Positions 35,291 to 44,791 of a stretch of 64,000 nucleotides of DNA are shown here, in pieces. Under the pieces are notes generated by a model. It had not been told where the DNA came from. It did not search any database and saw nothing but the letters and a program-made list of their open reading frames with translations. This DNA is from an uncultured Candidatus Peribacteria bacterium. GTDB taxonomy: Bacteria > Patescibacteriota > Gracilibacteria > Peribacterales > Peribacteraceae. Each line of letters starts with the position of its first letter. Within the stretch, counting starts at the first letter, position 1. The position numbers were made by a program, and so were the translations under genes. Location of the stretch: NCBI GenBank assembly GCA_964449445.1, contig CAYUZT010000003.1:110371-174370 (forward strand), in the 5' to 3' direction.

Positions 35291-35297
35291 TACAATA
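35291..35297. promoter_or_regulatory. overlapping back-to-back -10 boxes in the 18-bp pdxT/cupin intergenic region
   Basis: Plus strand: TACAAT (35291-35296), 7 nt, ATG 35304. Minus strand: TATTGT (35292-35297), 6 nt, ATG 35285. Confidence 0.5.
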
Positions 35298-35303
35298 CAG
35301 AAT

Positions 35304-35759
35304 ATGCCGACAGCTGAAGAGATCATCGAATTGTTGCAACTGAAGCCTCATCCAACCGAAGGCGGCTATTTTCGCGAAACGTACCACTCGCCTCTTTCCA
35401 CCGCTATTTACTATCTGCTCACACAGAAGACGTTTTCCGCCATGCACACACTTCCCGGTGATGAGATCTTCCATTTTTACCTCGGCGACCCGGTAGAAAT
35501 GCTGCAATTGCATCCGGATGGAACCGGGAAGACGGTCATCCTAGGACAGGACCTGATAAAAGGAATGCAACCACAAGTGACGATCCCGGGTGGCGTGTGG
35601 CAGGGATCTCGGCTCATTCCCGGAGGAACATTCGCTCTCCTTGGAACAACCATGGCACCATGTTTTGATTTCAAAGATTATGAATCAGGCAACCGTAGTG
35701 TTCTCATGAAAGCGTTTCCAAATTTCATTGCTCAGATTTCGAAATTAACTCTTGAATAA
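35304..35759 (+). CDS. cupin superfamily protein (DUF985-like)
   Basis: LQLKPHPTEGGYFRETY....AIYYLL......S.MH.L..DEIFHFY.GDP. Confidence 0.7.
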   Translation: MPTAEEIIELLQLKPHPTEGGYFRETYHSPLSTAIYYLLTQKTFSAMHTLPGDEIFHFYLGDPVEMLQLHPDGTGKTVILGQDLIKGMQPQVTIPGGVWQGSRLIPGGTFALLGTTMAPCFDFKDYESGNRSVLMKAFPNFIAQISKLTLE

Positions 35760-35764
35760 GGAAA

Positions 35765-35797
35765 CTGGTCCTCGGACTCTTCGGAGTCTTCGGACTC
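35765..35797. repeat. solo arm (H7) of the H2/H3/H9 family between the convergent cupin gene and pdxS
   Basis: CTGGTCCTCGGACTCTTCGGAGTCTTCGGACTC. Confidence 0.6.
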
Positions 35798-35802
35798 TGT
35801 CA

Positions 35803-36681
35803 TCACAGCCCTCTCTCCTGCATGCGTGTTTGCAGTGTTCCTACTTCCAACCCTGCCATCGGCTTCGGAAGACCAGTGGACACTTCCATCAGCTTTTTCG
35901 CGTCTTTATAATGCACAGTCGCCTGCACAATCGCTTCTGCAGTTCTCCGAGGATCTGCAGATGTAAAGATACCTGAGCCCACAAAGACGCCCTCAGCACC
36001 GAGTGACATCAAGAGCGCCGCATCGGCGGGAGTGGCAATGCCACCGGCAACAAAGGTCACAACCGGGAGTCGCTGATCCTTTCTCACTTTCTGGACCAGC
36101 TCGATCGGTACCCGCTGGAGGATCGCCCACTTCTTCAGCTGCATCGGTACCATTTTCTTGAGATCCGCTATCTCTTTCTTGATGAGCTTGAGATGACGGA
36201 CCGCCTCGACAACATTCCCCGTCCCCGCTTCCCCTTTCGTCCGGATCATCGCCGCACCTTCGCTAATGCGACGAAGCGCCTCACCAAGGTTCGTTGCTCC
36301 GCAGACGAAGGGGACTTTGAACGGACGCTTGTCGACGTGATCGAAGGGATCTGCCGGCGTCAGGACTTCGGATTCATCGATGAAGTCGATCCCGAGCGCC
36401 TCCAGTATCCGCGCTTCCGCCGTATGCCCGATCCTTATTTTCGCCATCACGGGAATACTCACCGCTTTCTGAATATCCTTAATGAGTTGTGGATCGCTCA
36501 TGCGCGCGACTCCACCCTGCGCGCGAATATCGGACGGAACGCGTTCCAGCGCCATCACCGCGCACGCACCGGCTCTCTCCGCAATTTTGGCCTGCTTCGC
36601 CGTGACCACATCCATGATCACCCCACCCTTGAGCATGCGGGCTAAATCTTCGCCGAGGATGTTGCGTCGAGTTTTGGCCAC
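35803..36681 (-). CDS. pdxS: pyridoxal 5'-phosphate synthase lyase subunit
   Basis: [44 protein letters not shown] start with TACAAT 8 nt upstream. Confidence 0.95.
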   Translation of the reverse strand: MAKTRRNILGEDLARMLKGGVIMDVVTAKQAKIAERAGACAVMALERVPSDIRAQGGVARMSDPQLIKDIQKAVSIPVMAKIRIGHTAEARILEALGIDFIDESEVLTPADPFDHVDKRPFKVPFVCGATNLGEALRRISEGAAMIRTKGEAGTGNVVEAVRHLKLIKKEIADLKKMVPMQLKKWAILQRVPIELVQKVRKDQRLPVVTFVAGGIATPADAALLMSLGAEGVFVGSGIFTSADPRRTAEAIVQATVHYKDAKKLMEVSTGLPKPMAGLEVGTLQTRMQERGL

Positions 36682-36700
36682 GGGGCGAAATTGTACAGCT

Positions 36701-37168
36701 CTACTGGAAATTTTCCAGATCCTTCAAGACTTCCTGTGCATGCTCTTCTGGATCCACTTTCTCATAGACCTTCACAATCTTCCCCTTCGGCTCAATCAGA
36801 TACGACATCCGCAGAATGCCCATGTACGTCTTCCCCATGAAATGCTTCTCACCCCACACTCCATACGCTTTGATCACTTTTTCATCAAGATCGGATAACA
36901 GAGGAAATGGGATGGCAAAGTTCCCGGCGAATTTCTTGTGGCTTGCAACTGAATCCTTGCTGATACCGAGTATTCTGACGCCCTTCCTCGTGATCTCCTG
37001 AAACAGATCGCGAAATCCACATGCCTCCGCAGTGCACCCGGGCGTATCGTCCTTGGGATAAAAGTAAACGAGGACCCATTTGCCCTTCTCACTTTTCAGT
37101 GAGTGCATCTTTCCGTCCTGATCAGGAAGAGAAAAATCCGGAGCCGGAGAACCTGCGGAAAGCGGCAT
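36701..37168 (-). CDS. bcp: thiol peroxidase / peroxiredoxin Bcp
   Basis: [12 protein letters not shown]...[20 protein letters not shown]. The ATG at 37168 is preceded by TACAAT and 6 nt (the ORF track uses a GTG at 37183). Confidence 0.85.
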   Translation of the reverse strand: MPLSAGSPAPDFSLPDQDGKMHSLKSEKGKWVLVYFYPKDDTPGCTAEACGFRDLFQEITRKGVRILGISKDSVASHKKFAGNFAIPFPLLSDLDEKVIKAYGVWGEKHFMGKTYMGILRMSYLIEPKGKIVKVYEKVDPEEHAQEVLKDLENFQ

Positions 37169-37192
37169 GGAATCATTGTACACTGACTTCCG

Positions 37193-37669
37193 ATGTCACA
37201 GTTGTACGAAAACATCATTGGCCTCCTCAAACAGCATTTTGTTCCCTACACCGAATTCGATCATGATCCGATCCTCAATTATGAGGATGCCGAGAAGCAG
37301 AAGCAGGCATTCCAATGGACGGGAATAGAGAGCAAGAACGTCTTCATGAAGGGATCTGATGGAAAGTACTACGTGTTCGTCACGTTCCAAGGGCAGCGGG
37401 TGGACTTCAAGAAATTGAAGGAACTCCTTGGTGTAAAACTCTCTATCGCATCGGAAGAGGACGTGCGCACTGTGATCCACTGTGTTCCCGGCTGCGTCGC
37501 GCCGTTTGGATTCTCCGATCAAATCACGATCCTGCTCGATCCAGCGCTCTTCACGCATACGGATTATCTTTTTTCTCCCGGCGTCACGACCAAGACGATT
37601 CAGACGAATGCACAGGAACTGAAGAAGATCTTCGATTCCATACCAAACCGGAAAATCGATGTGCCGTGA
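37193..37669 (+). CDS. YbaK/aminoacyl-tRNA synthetase-associated editing domain protein
   Basis: ESKNVFMKGSDGKYYVFV......VDFKKL...LG.K.SIAS.E.V......PGCVAPFGF. Confidence 0.6.
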   Translation: MSQLYENIIGLLKQHFVPYTEFDHDPILNYEDAEKQKQAFQWTGIESKNVFMKGSDGKYYVFVTFQGQRVDFKKLKELLGVKLSIASEEDVRTVIHCVPGCVAPFGFSDQITILLDPALFTHTDYLFSPGVTTKTIQTNAQELKKIFDSIPNRKIDVP

Positions 37670-38358
37670 CTATGCGACGTTTCCTTTTTCTCATCGGAGT
37701 ATTCTGCTTCCTGACAGGCTGCGCCCAGCTGATGCCCACTCCTCCCATGAACCCTGGATCAATTCGCTTCGTGCCCATCGGCGATTCTTACACCATCGGT
37801 CAGGGGGTTGATCCCAAGGAGATTTGGCCAGTTGTGCTCACGGATAGACTGCGGGAGGCAGGCCTCGACATCGAGTTGATCGAGAATCCCGCACGCACCG
37901 GTTGGACGACGAATGATGCGATCAAGAAGGAATTACCTGTCTTTGAAGCGGCAGCACCCACCTTTTCCACTCTCCTCATCGGTGTGAACGATTGGGTACA
38001 GGGGGTTGATGCGGAAACCTTCCGAGAACGTCTGTCGCTTCTTCTCGATCAGATGCAGGCAGTGTTACCGCCGAACCGTCTGATCGTGATCACCATTCCC
38101 GACTTCAGCGTAACGCCGGTGGGAAGCAGTTTTGGCGAGCCATCAGACAACGCCGATGGCATACGTTCCTTCAATGCCATCATTCGGAAAGAAGCAGACA
38201 AACGAACTCTCCCCATCGTCGATATTTTCGCGCTCAGTCAGGCAATGGGCATAGACTCCTCGCTCGTCGCGGAGGACGGGCTCCATCCATCCGAAAAAGA
38301 ACACGGTCTTTGGCTAGAACTGATCACACCAGTTGCTCTACAACTTTTGCAATCATGA
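37666..38358 (+). CDS. SGNH/GDSL hydrolase family lipoprotein
   Basis: Lipobox FLTGC, then block I FVPIGDSYTIG, block III GVNDW, block V DGLHPS. Confidence 0.7.
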   Translation: MTMRRFLFLIGVFCFLTGCAQLMPTPPMNPGSIRFVPIGDSYTIGQGVDPKEIWPVVLTDRLREAGLDIELIENPARTGWTTNDAIKKELPVFEAAAPTFSTLLIGVNDWVQGVDAETFRERLSLLLDQMQAVLPPNRLIVITIPDFSVTPVGSSFGEPSDNADGIRSFNAIIRKEADKRTLPIVDIFALSQAMGIDSSLVAEDGLHPSEKEHGLWLELITPVALQLLQS

Positions 38359-38648
38359 GGACGAAACATTTTCCCCATTGGCTGAAAGGAGGGCTGCTTG
38401 CAGTCGCTTTTGCCTTCATCTTTTTAGGATTGTGTTATTTGTCCATTCTGCCCTCCAGCCACGATCTGATGATGATCTTCGGTTTTCCCCTGTGGCTTGG
38501 TCTCATGAGTGGATTTTTAGAAGACGCTGTTCCGTGGATGAACATCGTCATGGGCATTCTTCTGACGGCGTTATTGTATTTTGGAATTGGTGCAGGGGTC
38601 GGTGCGATCTATGGAAGGATGCAGAGGGGTACAGTTGGCTATAAGTGA
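38355..38648 (+). CDS. small hypothetical membrane protein
   Basis: Three hydrophobic helices. ATGA overlap with the previous gene. Confidence 0.4.
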   Translation: MRTKHFPHWLKGGLLAVAFAFIFLGLCYLSILPSSHDLMMIFGFPLWLGLMSGFLEDAVPWMNIVMGILLTALLYFGIGAGVGAIYGRMQRGTVGYK

Positions 38649-38672
38649 TATTTGTTCTATCTTTCGATTCAT

Positions 38673-38749
38673 CGGGACGTAGCTCAGTTGGCTAGAGCGC
38701 CTGGTTTGGGACCAGGAGGCCGTGGGTTCAAGTCCCTCCGTCCCGACCA
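38673..38749 (+). tRNA. tRNA-Pro (anticodon TGG), CCA encoded
   Basis: CGGGACGTAGCTCAGTTGGCTAGAGCGCCTGGTTTGGGACCAGGAGGCCGTGGGTTCAAGTCCCTCCGTCCCGACCA. One T-stem mismatch. Confidence 0.85.
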
Positions 38750-38758
38750 CATCAGCTA

Positions 38759-39556
38759 ATGGCATCACCCTTCATCAGCCTCTCAACCGACTTCGGCCCC
38801 GGCAATAAAGGGATCGGCGTCATGAAGGCGACGATCCTCGGCATCTGCCCGAATGCAGTTCTCATCGATCTCGCACACGACATCACGGGTTTTGGCATTG
38901 CCGAAGGCGCAAAACTCCTGGAATCCGTCTTCTACCTTCCCGTCGGCTTCCACATTTGCGTGGTGGATCCGGGAGTAGGCACCAAGCGAAGAGCTCTCGC
39001 AATCGAAACGAAGAGAGGAGACGTGCTCATCGGCCCTGATAACGGCGTACTGAGGCCAGCAACGCGATTCTTGGGTGGCATCAAGAGCATTCATGAAATC
39101 ACGAACCAAAAGTACATGCGACTGCCCGTGTCGCCCATCTTTCACGGACGCGACGTGTTTGCACCCGCAGCGGCTCACCTTGCAGCGGGGGTAGCGCTTC
39201 AGGAACTCGGAGCGGCACTGACCGAAGATCAGCTGAGCAAAGCAGCGTATGACGAAGCCGTATTCAACAAAGATCACATTGATGCGCAGGCGATCCTCAT
39301 CAATAAATTCGGCAGCGTCTTCCTGAATATCCGGCAGGAAGAGATGCACAAACTCGCAAAGCAGAATGCCACCATCACTCTCTCCTTTGCTGGCAAGTCC
39401 CTCGTTCTTCCCTACAAACGAACGTTTGGCGATGTGGAGAAAGGCAAAGAAGTGATACTCGATGATGACTTCGGGAGAGTGGAAATCGCGATCAACCAGG
39501 GAAGCTTCGCAGACAGATTCGGAGTGCAACCGGGAGATCACATCACGCTGCACTAA
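38759..39556 (+). CDS. S-adenosyl-L-methionine hydrolase (DUF62 / chlorinase-fluorinase family)
   Basis: ISLSTDFGPGNKGIGVMKATILGICP...IDLAHDI, VVDPGVGTKRRALA, IGPDNGVL. Confidence 0.8.
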   Translation: MASPFISLSTDFGPGNKGIGVMKATILGICPNAVLIDLAHDITGFGIAEGAKLLESVFYLPVGFHICVVDPGVGTKRRALAIETKRGDVLIGPDNGVLRPATRFLGGIKSIHEITNQKYMRLPVSPIFHGRDVFAPAAAHLAAGVALQELGAALTEDQLSKAAYDEAVFNKDHIDAQAILINKFGSVFLNIRQEEMHKLAKQNATITLSFAGKSLVLPYKRTFGDVEKGKEVILDDDFGRVEIAINQGSFADRFGVQPGDHITLH

Positions 39557-39557
39557 A

Positions 39558-39579
39558 AAGCGGGCCCGAGAGCCCGCTT
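39558..39579. terminator. bidirectional GC hairpin between convergent genes
   Basis: AAGCGGGC-ccgaga-GCCCGCTT, flanked by AAAA on the 5' side and AATTT on the 3' side. Confidence 0.6.
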
Positions 39580-39614
39580 AATTTCACAGTTGTCATCCTG
39601 AGCGTAGCGAAGGA

Positions 39615-39965
39615 TCAGCTCTTGCTTCCAAATCCAACGACCAAGCAGACCGCGGCGATGGCGGCGTGCAGCAGGTTGTCCGCGGTGTTCACGGCGATGA
39701 GGCCGAGAACCGTGGTGCCCTGAACGTAGCCGGCCACAGCGACCACGCCGTAGACGAGACCGAAGATGATCAAAAACATCCTGGCCATGCCGCGGTTACC
39801 GGCTACCAGCAGACCGATAAGGCCGGAAGCGAGGTGGATAATGTTATGAAGCGTGTCGGTTTCGAAAATGCCGAGCAGCGGGCTGGGCATTACGAAGCCG
39901 AGAAGCCCGACGACGAGCAAAACGACCCCGAGAATGCGGGTCAAAGGTGTAACGAGAGATCCCAT
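39615..39965 (-). CDS. DUF4383 family membrane protein
   Basis: GVVLLVVGLLGFV......GIFETDTLHNIIHLASG.IGL. Start at the internal ATG. Confidence 0.65.
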   Translation of the reverse strand: MGSLVTPLTRILGVVLLVVGLLGFVMPSPLLGIFETDTLHNIIHLASGLIGLLVAGNRGMARMFLIIFGLVYGVVAVAGYVQGTTVLGLIAVNTADNLLHAAIAAVCLVVGFGSKS

Positions 39966-40086
39966 AGGGGAAAGGGGGGAAGGAATTTCCTCATACACTA
40001 GCAAAGAGAACTACCGCTGCAATCAAAATTCAAAAAGCTGCAACAGAATATGTACAGAGGAGCAATCATGGTTCAGAGTGATCTCC

Positions 40087-41397
40087 ATGGTGACGAAGAT
40101 CTCTCCTGTCGCGCAATCCGCCCCTCTTGCCTACCGCCTGAGGCCACGGACGCTCAGCGAGTTCATCGGACAAGAAGACGTCGTCGGACCGGATACGCCG
40201 CTCAAGATAGCGATTGAACGGGATCAATTGAGTTCGGCAATCCTTTCCGGACCGCCCGGCACCGGGAAAACCACGCTCGCGCATGTGATCTCCAATATCA
40301 CCGAAGCCCAGTTCGTGCAGGTGAACGCCGTCACGAGCGGCGTGAAGGAACTGAAGGAAATTTGCGCGCATGCCGAGGAACTGCTGAAGAACCTGAAGCA
40401 GCGGACGGTCCTCTTCATCGATGAAATCCACCGGTTCAACCGCTCCCAGCAGGATGCGCTCCTTCCATCCGTGGAAAACGGCAGCGTGATCCTCATCGGC
40501 GCGACGACGCAGAATCCCTACTTCGATGTGAATGCCGCGCTGATTTCCCGTTCGCAGGTGGTGTTGCTAAAGCCTCTCACCATCGAGAACCTCACGGCCA
40601 TTTTGAGAAACGCTCTGGACGATGAACGCGGATTTGCCGGAAACGTGAAAGCAGATGATGCGGTTCTTGAACGCATTGCCCATGTTGCCAATGGCGACGC
40701 GCGCATCGCGCTCAATACGCTGGAGCTGACCATCATGACCGCGGGCAAGAAGCTGACCGTCCAAAACGCCGAGAAAATCCTCCGCCAGAAATCCCTGCGG
40801 TACGATAAATCCGGCGAGGACCATTACAACGTGATTTCCGCGTTCATCAAATCGATGCGCGGATCGGATCCCGATGCCGCGCTCCTCTGGATGTTTCGGA
40901 TGCTCCAGAGTGGCGAAGATCCGCGCTTCATCTTCCGCCGCATGGCGATCTTCGCGTCGGAGGACGTCGGCAATGCCGATCCACGAGCGCTCCAAATGGT
41001 CATCAGCGCGTGGCAGGCGTTTGAACTCGTCGGTCTGCCCGAAGGAGAATTCTTTCTTGCGCACGCATGCGTCTATGTCTCTCAAGCGCCCAAGAGCAAT
41101 GCCGTCACGCGCGCGATGGGAGCCGCAAAACACGCAATGCTCCAGTCCCCCACTCTGGAAGTCCCGAATCACTTGAGGAATGCTCCTGTCAAAGGGATGA
41201 AAGAGCAGGGGTACGGAGTGAATTATGAATATCCGCATAATCACGAGGGAGCAGTCGTCGCCGCCAATTACTTCCCGGTCGGGATGGAGACGCAGAATTT
41301 CTATGAGCCATCGGATCGGGGATTTGAGGCCGATGTGCGCAAGCGAATGCAAGACGTGAAAGCCAAAATTCGGAAAGTGCCGGTCGCAAAGGTGTAG
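40087..41397 (+). CDS. rarA: replication-associated recombination protein A (AAA+ ATPase)
   Basis: LAYRLRPRTLSEFIGQEDVVG, SGPPGTGKTTLA, LFIDEIHRFN, GATTQNPYF, HYNVISAFIKSMRGSDPDAALLW. Confidence 0.9.
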   Translation: MVTKISPVAQSAPLAYRLRPRTLSEFIGQEDVVGPDTPLKIAIERDQLSSAILSGPPGTGKTTLAHVISNITEAQFVQVNAVTSGVKELKEICAHAEELLKNLKQRTVLFIDEIHRFNRSQQDALLPSVENGSVILIGATTQNPYFDVNAALISRSQVVLLKPLTIENLTAILRNALDDERGFAGNVKADDAVLERIAHVANGDARIALNTLELTIMTAGKKLTVQNAEKILRQKSLRYDKSGEDHYNVISAFIKSMRGSDPDAALLWMFRMLQSGEDPRFIFRRMAIFASEDVGNADPRALQMVISAWQAFELVGLPEGEFFLAHACVYVSQAPKSNAVTRAMGAAKHAMLQSPTLEVPNHLRNAPVKGMKEQGYGVNYEYPHNHEGAVVAANYFPVGMETQNFYEPSDRGFEADVRKRMQDVKAKIRKVPVAKV

Positions 41398-41408
41398 CAT
41401 AGGCCCCC

Positions 41409-43604
41409 ATGTTCCTGACCGTCGTCACCGCCTCGCGCTCCGGAGCCATTGGCTCTGGGTTAACGTACGAAGTTGGTGACGCTTCGCAAGCTCCCGCCTA
41501 CGCTGAAGCTTCGGCGGGCAGGCAGCATGACATAAAACCAGGATCGATAGTCAGAGTTCCACTCAGAAAAAGAATCGTGGAAGGAATAGTCATCGAGGTC
41601 ATGAAGAAAAAACTTCAGACCGAGTTCGACCTGAGATTGGTCAAAGACGTGCTGGGCAACTCCCCTCTCCTGACGGAAGCACAGATGAAGACAGTGAAGT
41701 GGATGGCGGAGTACTACTTCTGTTCGCTGCGGCAAGCTCTTCAAGTCTGGCTCCCTCCACCGCCGTGGTCACGACTTCTTCCGGCTGAGATCGTCATGAT
41801 CCGGAAATTCAAAGATGATGTGCCGCGTGGAAAAAAAGCGCTGGCAGTGATGGAATTCCTCAGGGACTCAGAATGGACATCACGTGACACGATCATGCAC
41901 GAGACCGGAGCAAGTACAGCGGTACTCAAAAGGCTCCTTGAGCTTTCATTGATTGAGCAACGGAAAAAACGTGAAAGTCCCGAGCCCGAGCCCGGTCCCG
42001 GTCCCGGTCCCGAAATCACTAATCACCAGACCCTGACCGACGCTCAACGAGAAGTCTATGACGCTATCCGCACCGACCCCCGCCCTTCCCTCCTCTTCGG
42101 CATCACCAGCAGCGGCAAGACCGAAATTTACGCGTCACTGATCGCCGATACTGTCGCGCGCGGCAAACAAGCAATTCTGCTTGTGCCAGAGATTCTGCTC
42201 ACCGAGAACGTTGTCGATCGTTTTGAAAAGCTCCTTCCGCGGGAGCGCATTGCCATTCTGCACAGTCGGCTCAAACCCGCCCAACGCAAAAATGAATGGA
42301 AGCGCATTCACGCGGGCGACGTGAGTTTGGTGATCGGGTCGCGCAGCGCGCTCTTCGCGCCCCTCAAGAACCTCGGCCTCGTGATTCTGGATGAAGAGCA
42401 CGAATGGACCTACAAGAACGAGCAGACGCCGCGCTACCACGCGCGCGAGACTGCCGAGGCGCTCTGCAGGAATGCGAACGCCAAATTGCTGCTCGGAAGC
42501 GCCACTCCGTCGCTTGAATCGTGGGCGCGAGCCAAGAGCGGGTCTTCGACCCGCGGACAATACCATCTTGCCAGGCTTCCCGATCGGTACGGGAGCAACA
42601 GTCTCCCGCAGGTGAAGATCATTGACCTCGCCACTGCCGAGTTCAACTCGCAGTATCCGTTCACGGCAGAGTTGCTCGCGGCAATCGATGCCCGATTGAA
42701 GCTCCAGGAGCAATGTGTTCTCTTTCTTAATCGCAGAGGGATGGCGAGCGCGCTTCTGTGCCTCCAGTGCCGCAGGCGCGTCACGTCACCCGAGTCGCAG
42801 CTGCCCTTCACCGTTCATCACAATGCAGATGGAAAGCCCTACCTGATCGATCACACGACGGGCATCACTGCTCCCGTCCCCGCGCAGTGCCCGCACTGCG
42901 GCAGCGTGAAGCTGCATGAAATTGGAGCAGGGACGCAGCGCATTGAAGCGATTCTCAAGAGTGCTTTTCCGAAAGCGCGCCTGCTGCGGGCGGATACCGA
43001 TACGCTGGAGACGCCTGAGCAGATGCGAAGTCTCCTTGGGAAGATGAAGAACGGCGAAGCGGATATTCTCCTGGGGACGCAAACCGTCGTGAAGGGTCTC
43101 GATCTCCCCAACGTCACGCTGGCGGCTGTGCTCATTGCCGATATCGGGCTGTCGCTGCCGCACTTCCGCGCCGGGGAACGCATTTTGCAACTGCTCACGC
43201 AGCTGACGGGAAGGAGTGGCAGGGCAAAACTCGGCGAGGTGATCATTCAGACGTTCCGTCCCGATGCTCCGGAAGTTCTGGCCGCGGCAAGGCATGAGAC
43301 CGAACGTTACTTGGATGACGAGTTGCACATGCGTAAGCATCTGGGCTATCCGCCGGCAACATCGATGATCCGTCTGCTCGTCCGTGGCCCGAGCGCTCAG
43401 GGCACGGCAAAACAGCTGCACGGAGAACTTCTCAACCGCGGATTGCGCTACGGAAACACCGCAAAAATTTCTTTCGGCCCCACGCTCTTCGGCGGTGGCA
43501 GGGAGTGGCAGGTACTCATACGAGGAGCGCAGCCACGAGAACTCCTCACGGATATGGGTCTGAAAGACATGGTTGTGGATGTTGATCCTATGGAAACGAT
43601 CTAA
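41409..43604 (+). CDS. priA: primosomal protein N' (replication restart helicase)
   Basis: GITSSGKTEIY, ILDEEHEW.YK, and the Cys cluster CLQC....C..CGS. TAGCAT lies 8 nt upstream of the ATG. Confidence 0.9.
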   Translation: MFLTVVTASRSGAIGSGLTYEVGDASQAPAYAEASAGRQHDIKPGSIVRVPLRKRIVEGIVIEVMKKKLQTEFDLRLVKDVLGNSPLLTEAQMKTVKWMAEYYFCSLRQALQVWLPPPPWSRLLPAEIVMIRKFKDDVPRGKKALAVMEFLRDSEWTSRDTIMHETGASTAVLKRLLELSLIEQRKKRESPEPEPGPGPGPEITNHQTLTDAQREVYDAIRTDPRPSLLFGITSSGKTEIYASLIADTVARGKQAILLVPEILLTENVVDRFEKLLPRERIAILHSRLKPAQRKNEWKRIHAGDVSLVIGSRSALFAPLKNLGLVILDEEHEWTYKNEQTPRYHARETAEALCRNANAKLLLGSATPSLESWARAKSGSSTRGQYHLARLPDRYGSNSLPQVKIIDLATAEFNSQYPFTAELLAAIDARLKLQEQCVLFLNRRGMASALLCLQCRRRVTSPESQLPFTVHHNADGKPYLIDHTTGITAPVPAQCPHCGSVKLHEIGAGTQRIEAILKSAFPKARLLRADTDTLETPEQMRSLLGKMKNGEADILLGTQTVVKGLDLPNVTLAAVLIADIGLSLPHFRAGERILQLLTQLTGRSGRAKLGEVIIQTFRPDAPEVLAAARHETERYLDDELHMRKHLGYPPATSMIRLLVRGPSAQGTAKQLHGELLNRGLRYGNTAKISFGPTLFGGGREWQVLIRGAQPRELLTDMGLKDMVVDVDPMETI

Positions 43605-43605
43605 T

Positions 43606-43698
43606 TTTAGCTGGTTAGCTTTTTAGCTTTTTAGCTTATAGAAGGGAAAATCTTTTCACGCTAAGCTAACAAGCTCACAAGCTAAGAAGCTCGCAAGA
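43606..43698. repeat. low-complexity hairpin element H8 (TAGCTT units) between priA and the aquaporin gene
   Basis: Arm TTTTAGCTGGTTAGCTTTTTAGCTTTTTAGCTTAT, a 20-nt loop, then arm GCTAAGCTAACAAGCTCACAAGCTAAGAAGCTCGCAAG. Confidence 0.7.
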
Positions 43699-43731
43699 GA
43701 AACCGAGAATCAAAGGAGTAACCTGATAAAC

Positions 43732-44322
43732 ATGAGTTATCAAGAATATGCAGCCGAATTCCTCGGCACATTCGCCCTCTGCTTCGTCGTCTGGCTCTCC
43801 GTCGCATTCCAGATGCCGTTCTCCACTCCCGTGATGGCGGCGGTCACGCTGGGTCTCTTTGTCTATACCGTGGGAGGAATCAGCGGCGCGCACCTGAACC
43901 CCGCGGTCACCATCGGCATGTTCAGCGCGAACAAGATCAAGACGAACGACGCGCTCATGTACGTCGTCTGTCAGCTCGCGGGTGCCGCAGTCGCCATGAC
44001 GGTGGGACGCCTGATGAGCGGCCAGATTGCATCGGTCACGCACGCGGTCACTCTTACGGCAGGAATCGGCGAAGCGATCGGCGCGTTCTTCCTGGCATTC
44101 GGCGTGATGTCTGCAACGATCCAGAAAATTCCCCCGGCTGCAGCGGGTCTGGTGGTCGGAAGCTCGCTCCTGATCGGCATCTACGCCGCATTTCCCTTCA
44201 GCAATGCGATCATCAACCCCGCAGTGGCGCTGTCGGTGAACTCCTTCGGGCCGATGGAAATCCTCGGGCCGCTGGTGGGCGCCGTGTGCGGAGCGTGGGC
44301 GAGGGTGAAGTTGGAAAAATGA
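43732..44322 (+). CDS. MIP/aquaporin family channel (short form)
   Basis: Two NPA boxes: SGAHLNPAVTIG and AIINPAVALS. Confidence 0.8.
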   Translation: MSYQEYAAEFLGTFALCFVVWLSVAFQMPFSTPVMAAVTLGLFVYTVGGISGAHLNPAVTIGMFSANKIKTNDALMYVVCQLAGAAVAMTVGRLMSGQIASVTHAVTLTAGIGEAIGAFFLAFGVMSATIQKIPPAAAGLVVGSSLLIGIYAAFPFSNAIINPAVALSVNSFGPMEILGPLVGAVCGAWARVKLEK

Positions 44323-44323
44323 A

Positions 44324-44791
44324 TCACGAATCATGATTGACTGTCCGCAAATAATGCAGCGCTATCCCCGCTGCAACTGCGACGTTCAATGATTCTTTTT
44401 TTCCATACATGGGAATCTTCACCACGCTCTCCGCTTGCGTGAGAATTTCTTCCGGCACGCCACTCAGTTCGTGTCCCACAACAAGGCAGATTTTCTCCTG
44501 AGGGGAGAACGTCTCAAGATCTACGGCATCATCGGTCAGCTCGAGAGCGACAATAGACCATCCTTCTTTCTTCAATGCTGCAATGACGGTCAGCGGATCG
44601 GTCGCCTGCTCCCACGGAATCGTGTCCTCAGCACCAAGCGCCGTCTTCGTGATTTCCTTGCGGGGTGGTGTACCGGTGTAGCCGGTCAGATAGATTTTCT
44701 CGACGCCAAATGCATCGCATGTCCGGAAAAATGATCCTACATTCCAGAGAGAGCGGACATTATGTGCCAGAAGACAGAGACGTCTGTTCAT
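44324..44791 (-). CDS. SpoU/TrmH family RNA 2'-O-methyltransferase
   Basis: NVGSFFRTCDAFG, LVVGHELSGV, IPMYGKKESLNVAVAAGIAL. Confidence 0.8.
   Translation of the reverse strand: MNRRLCLLAHNVRSLWNVGSFFRTCDAFGVEKIYLTGYTGTPPRKEITKTALGAEDTIPWEQATDPLTVIAALKKEGWSIVALELTDDAVDLETFSPQEKICLVVGHELSGVPEEILTQAESVVKIPMYGKKESLNVAVAAGIALHYLRTVNHDS

Noticed and set aside
43705-43731. AAAGGAG upstream of the aquaporin gene as evidence of normal Shine-Dalgarno usage
   Set aside because: It is a single instance at a long (13 nt) spacing. Nearly all other starts lack purine-rich sites, so it does not change the overall picture.
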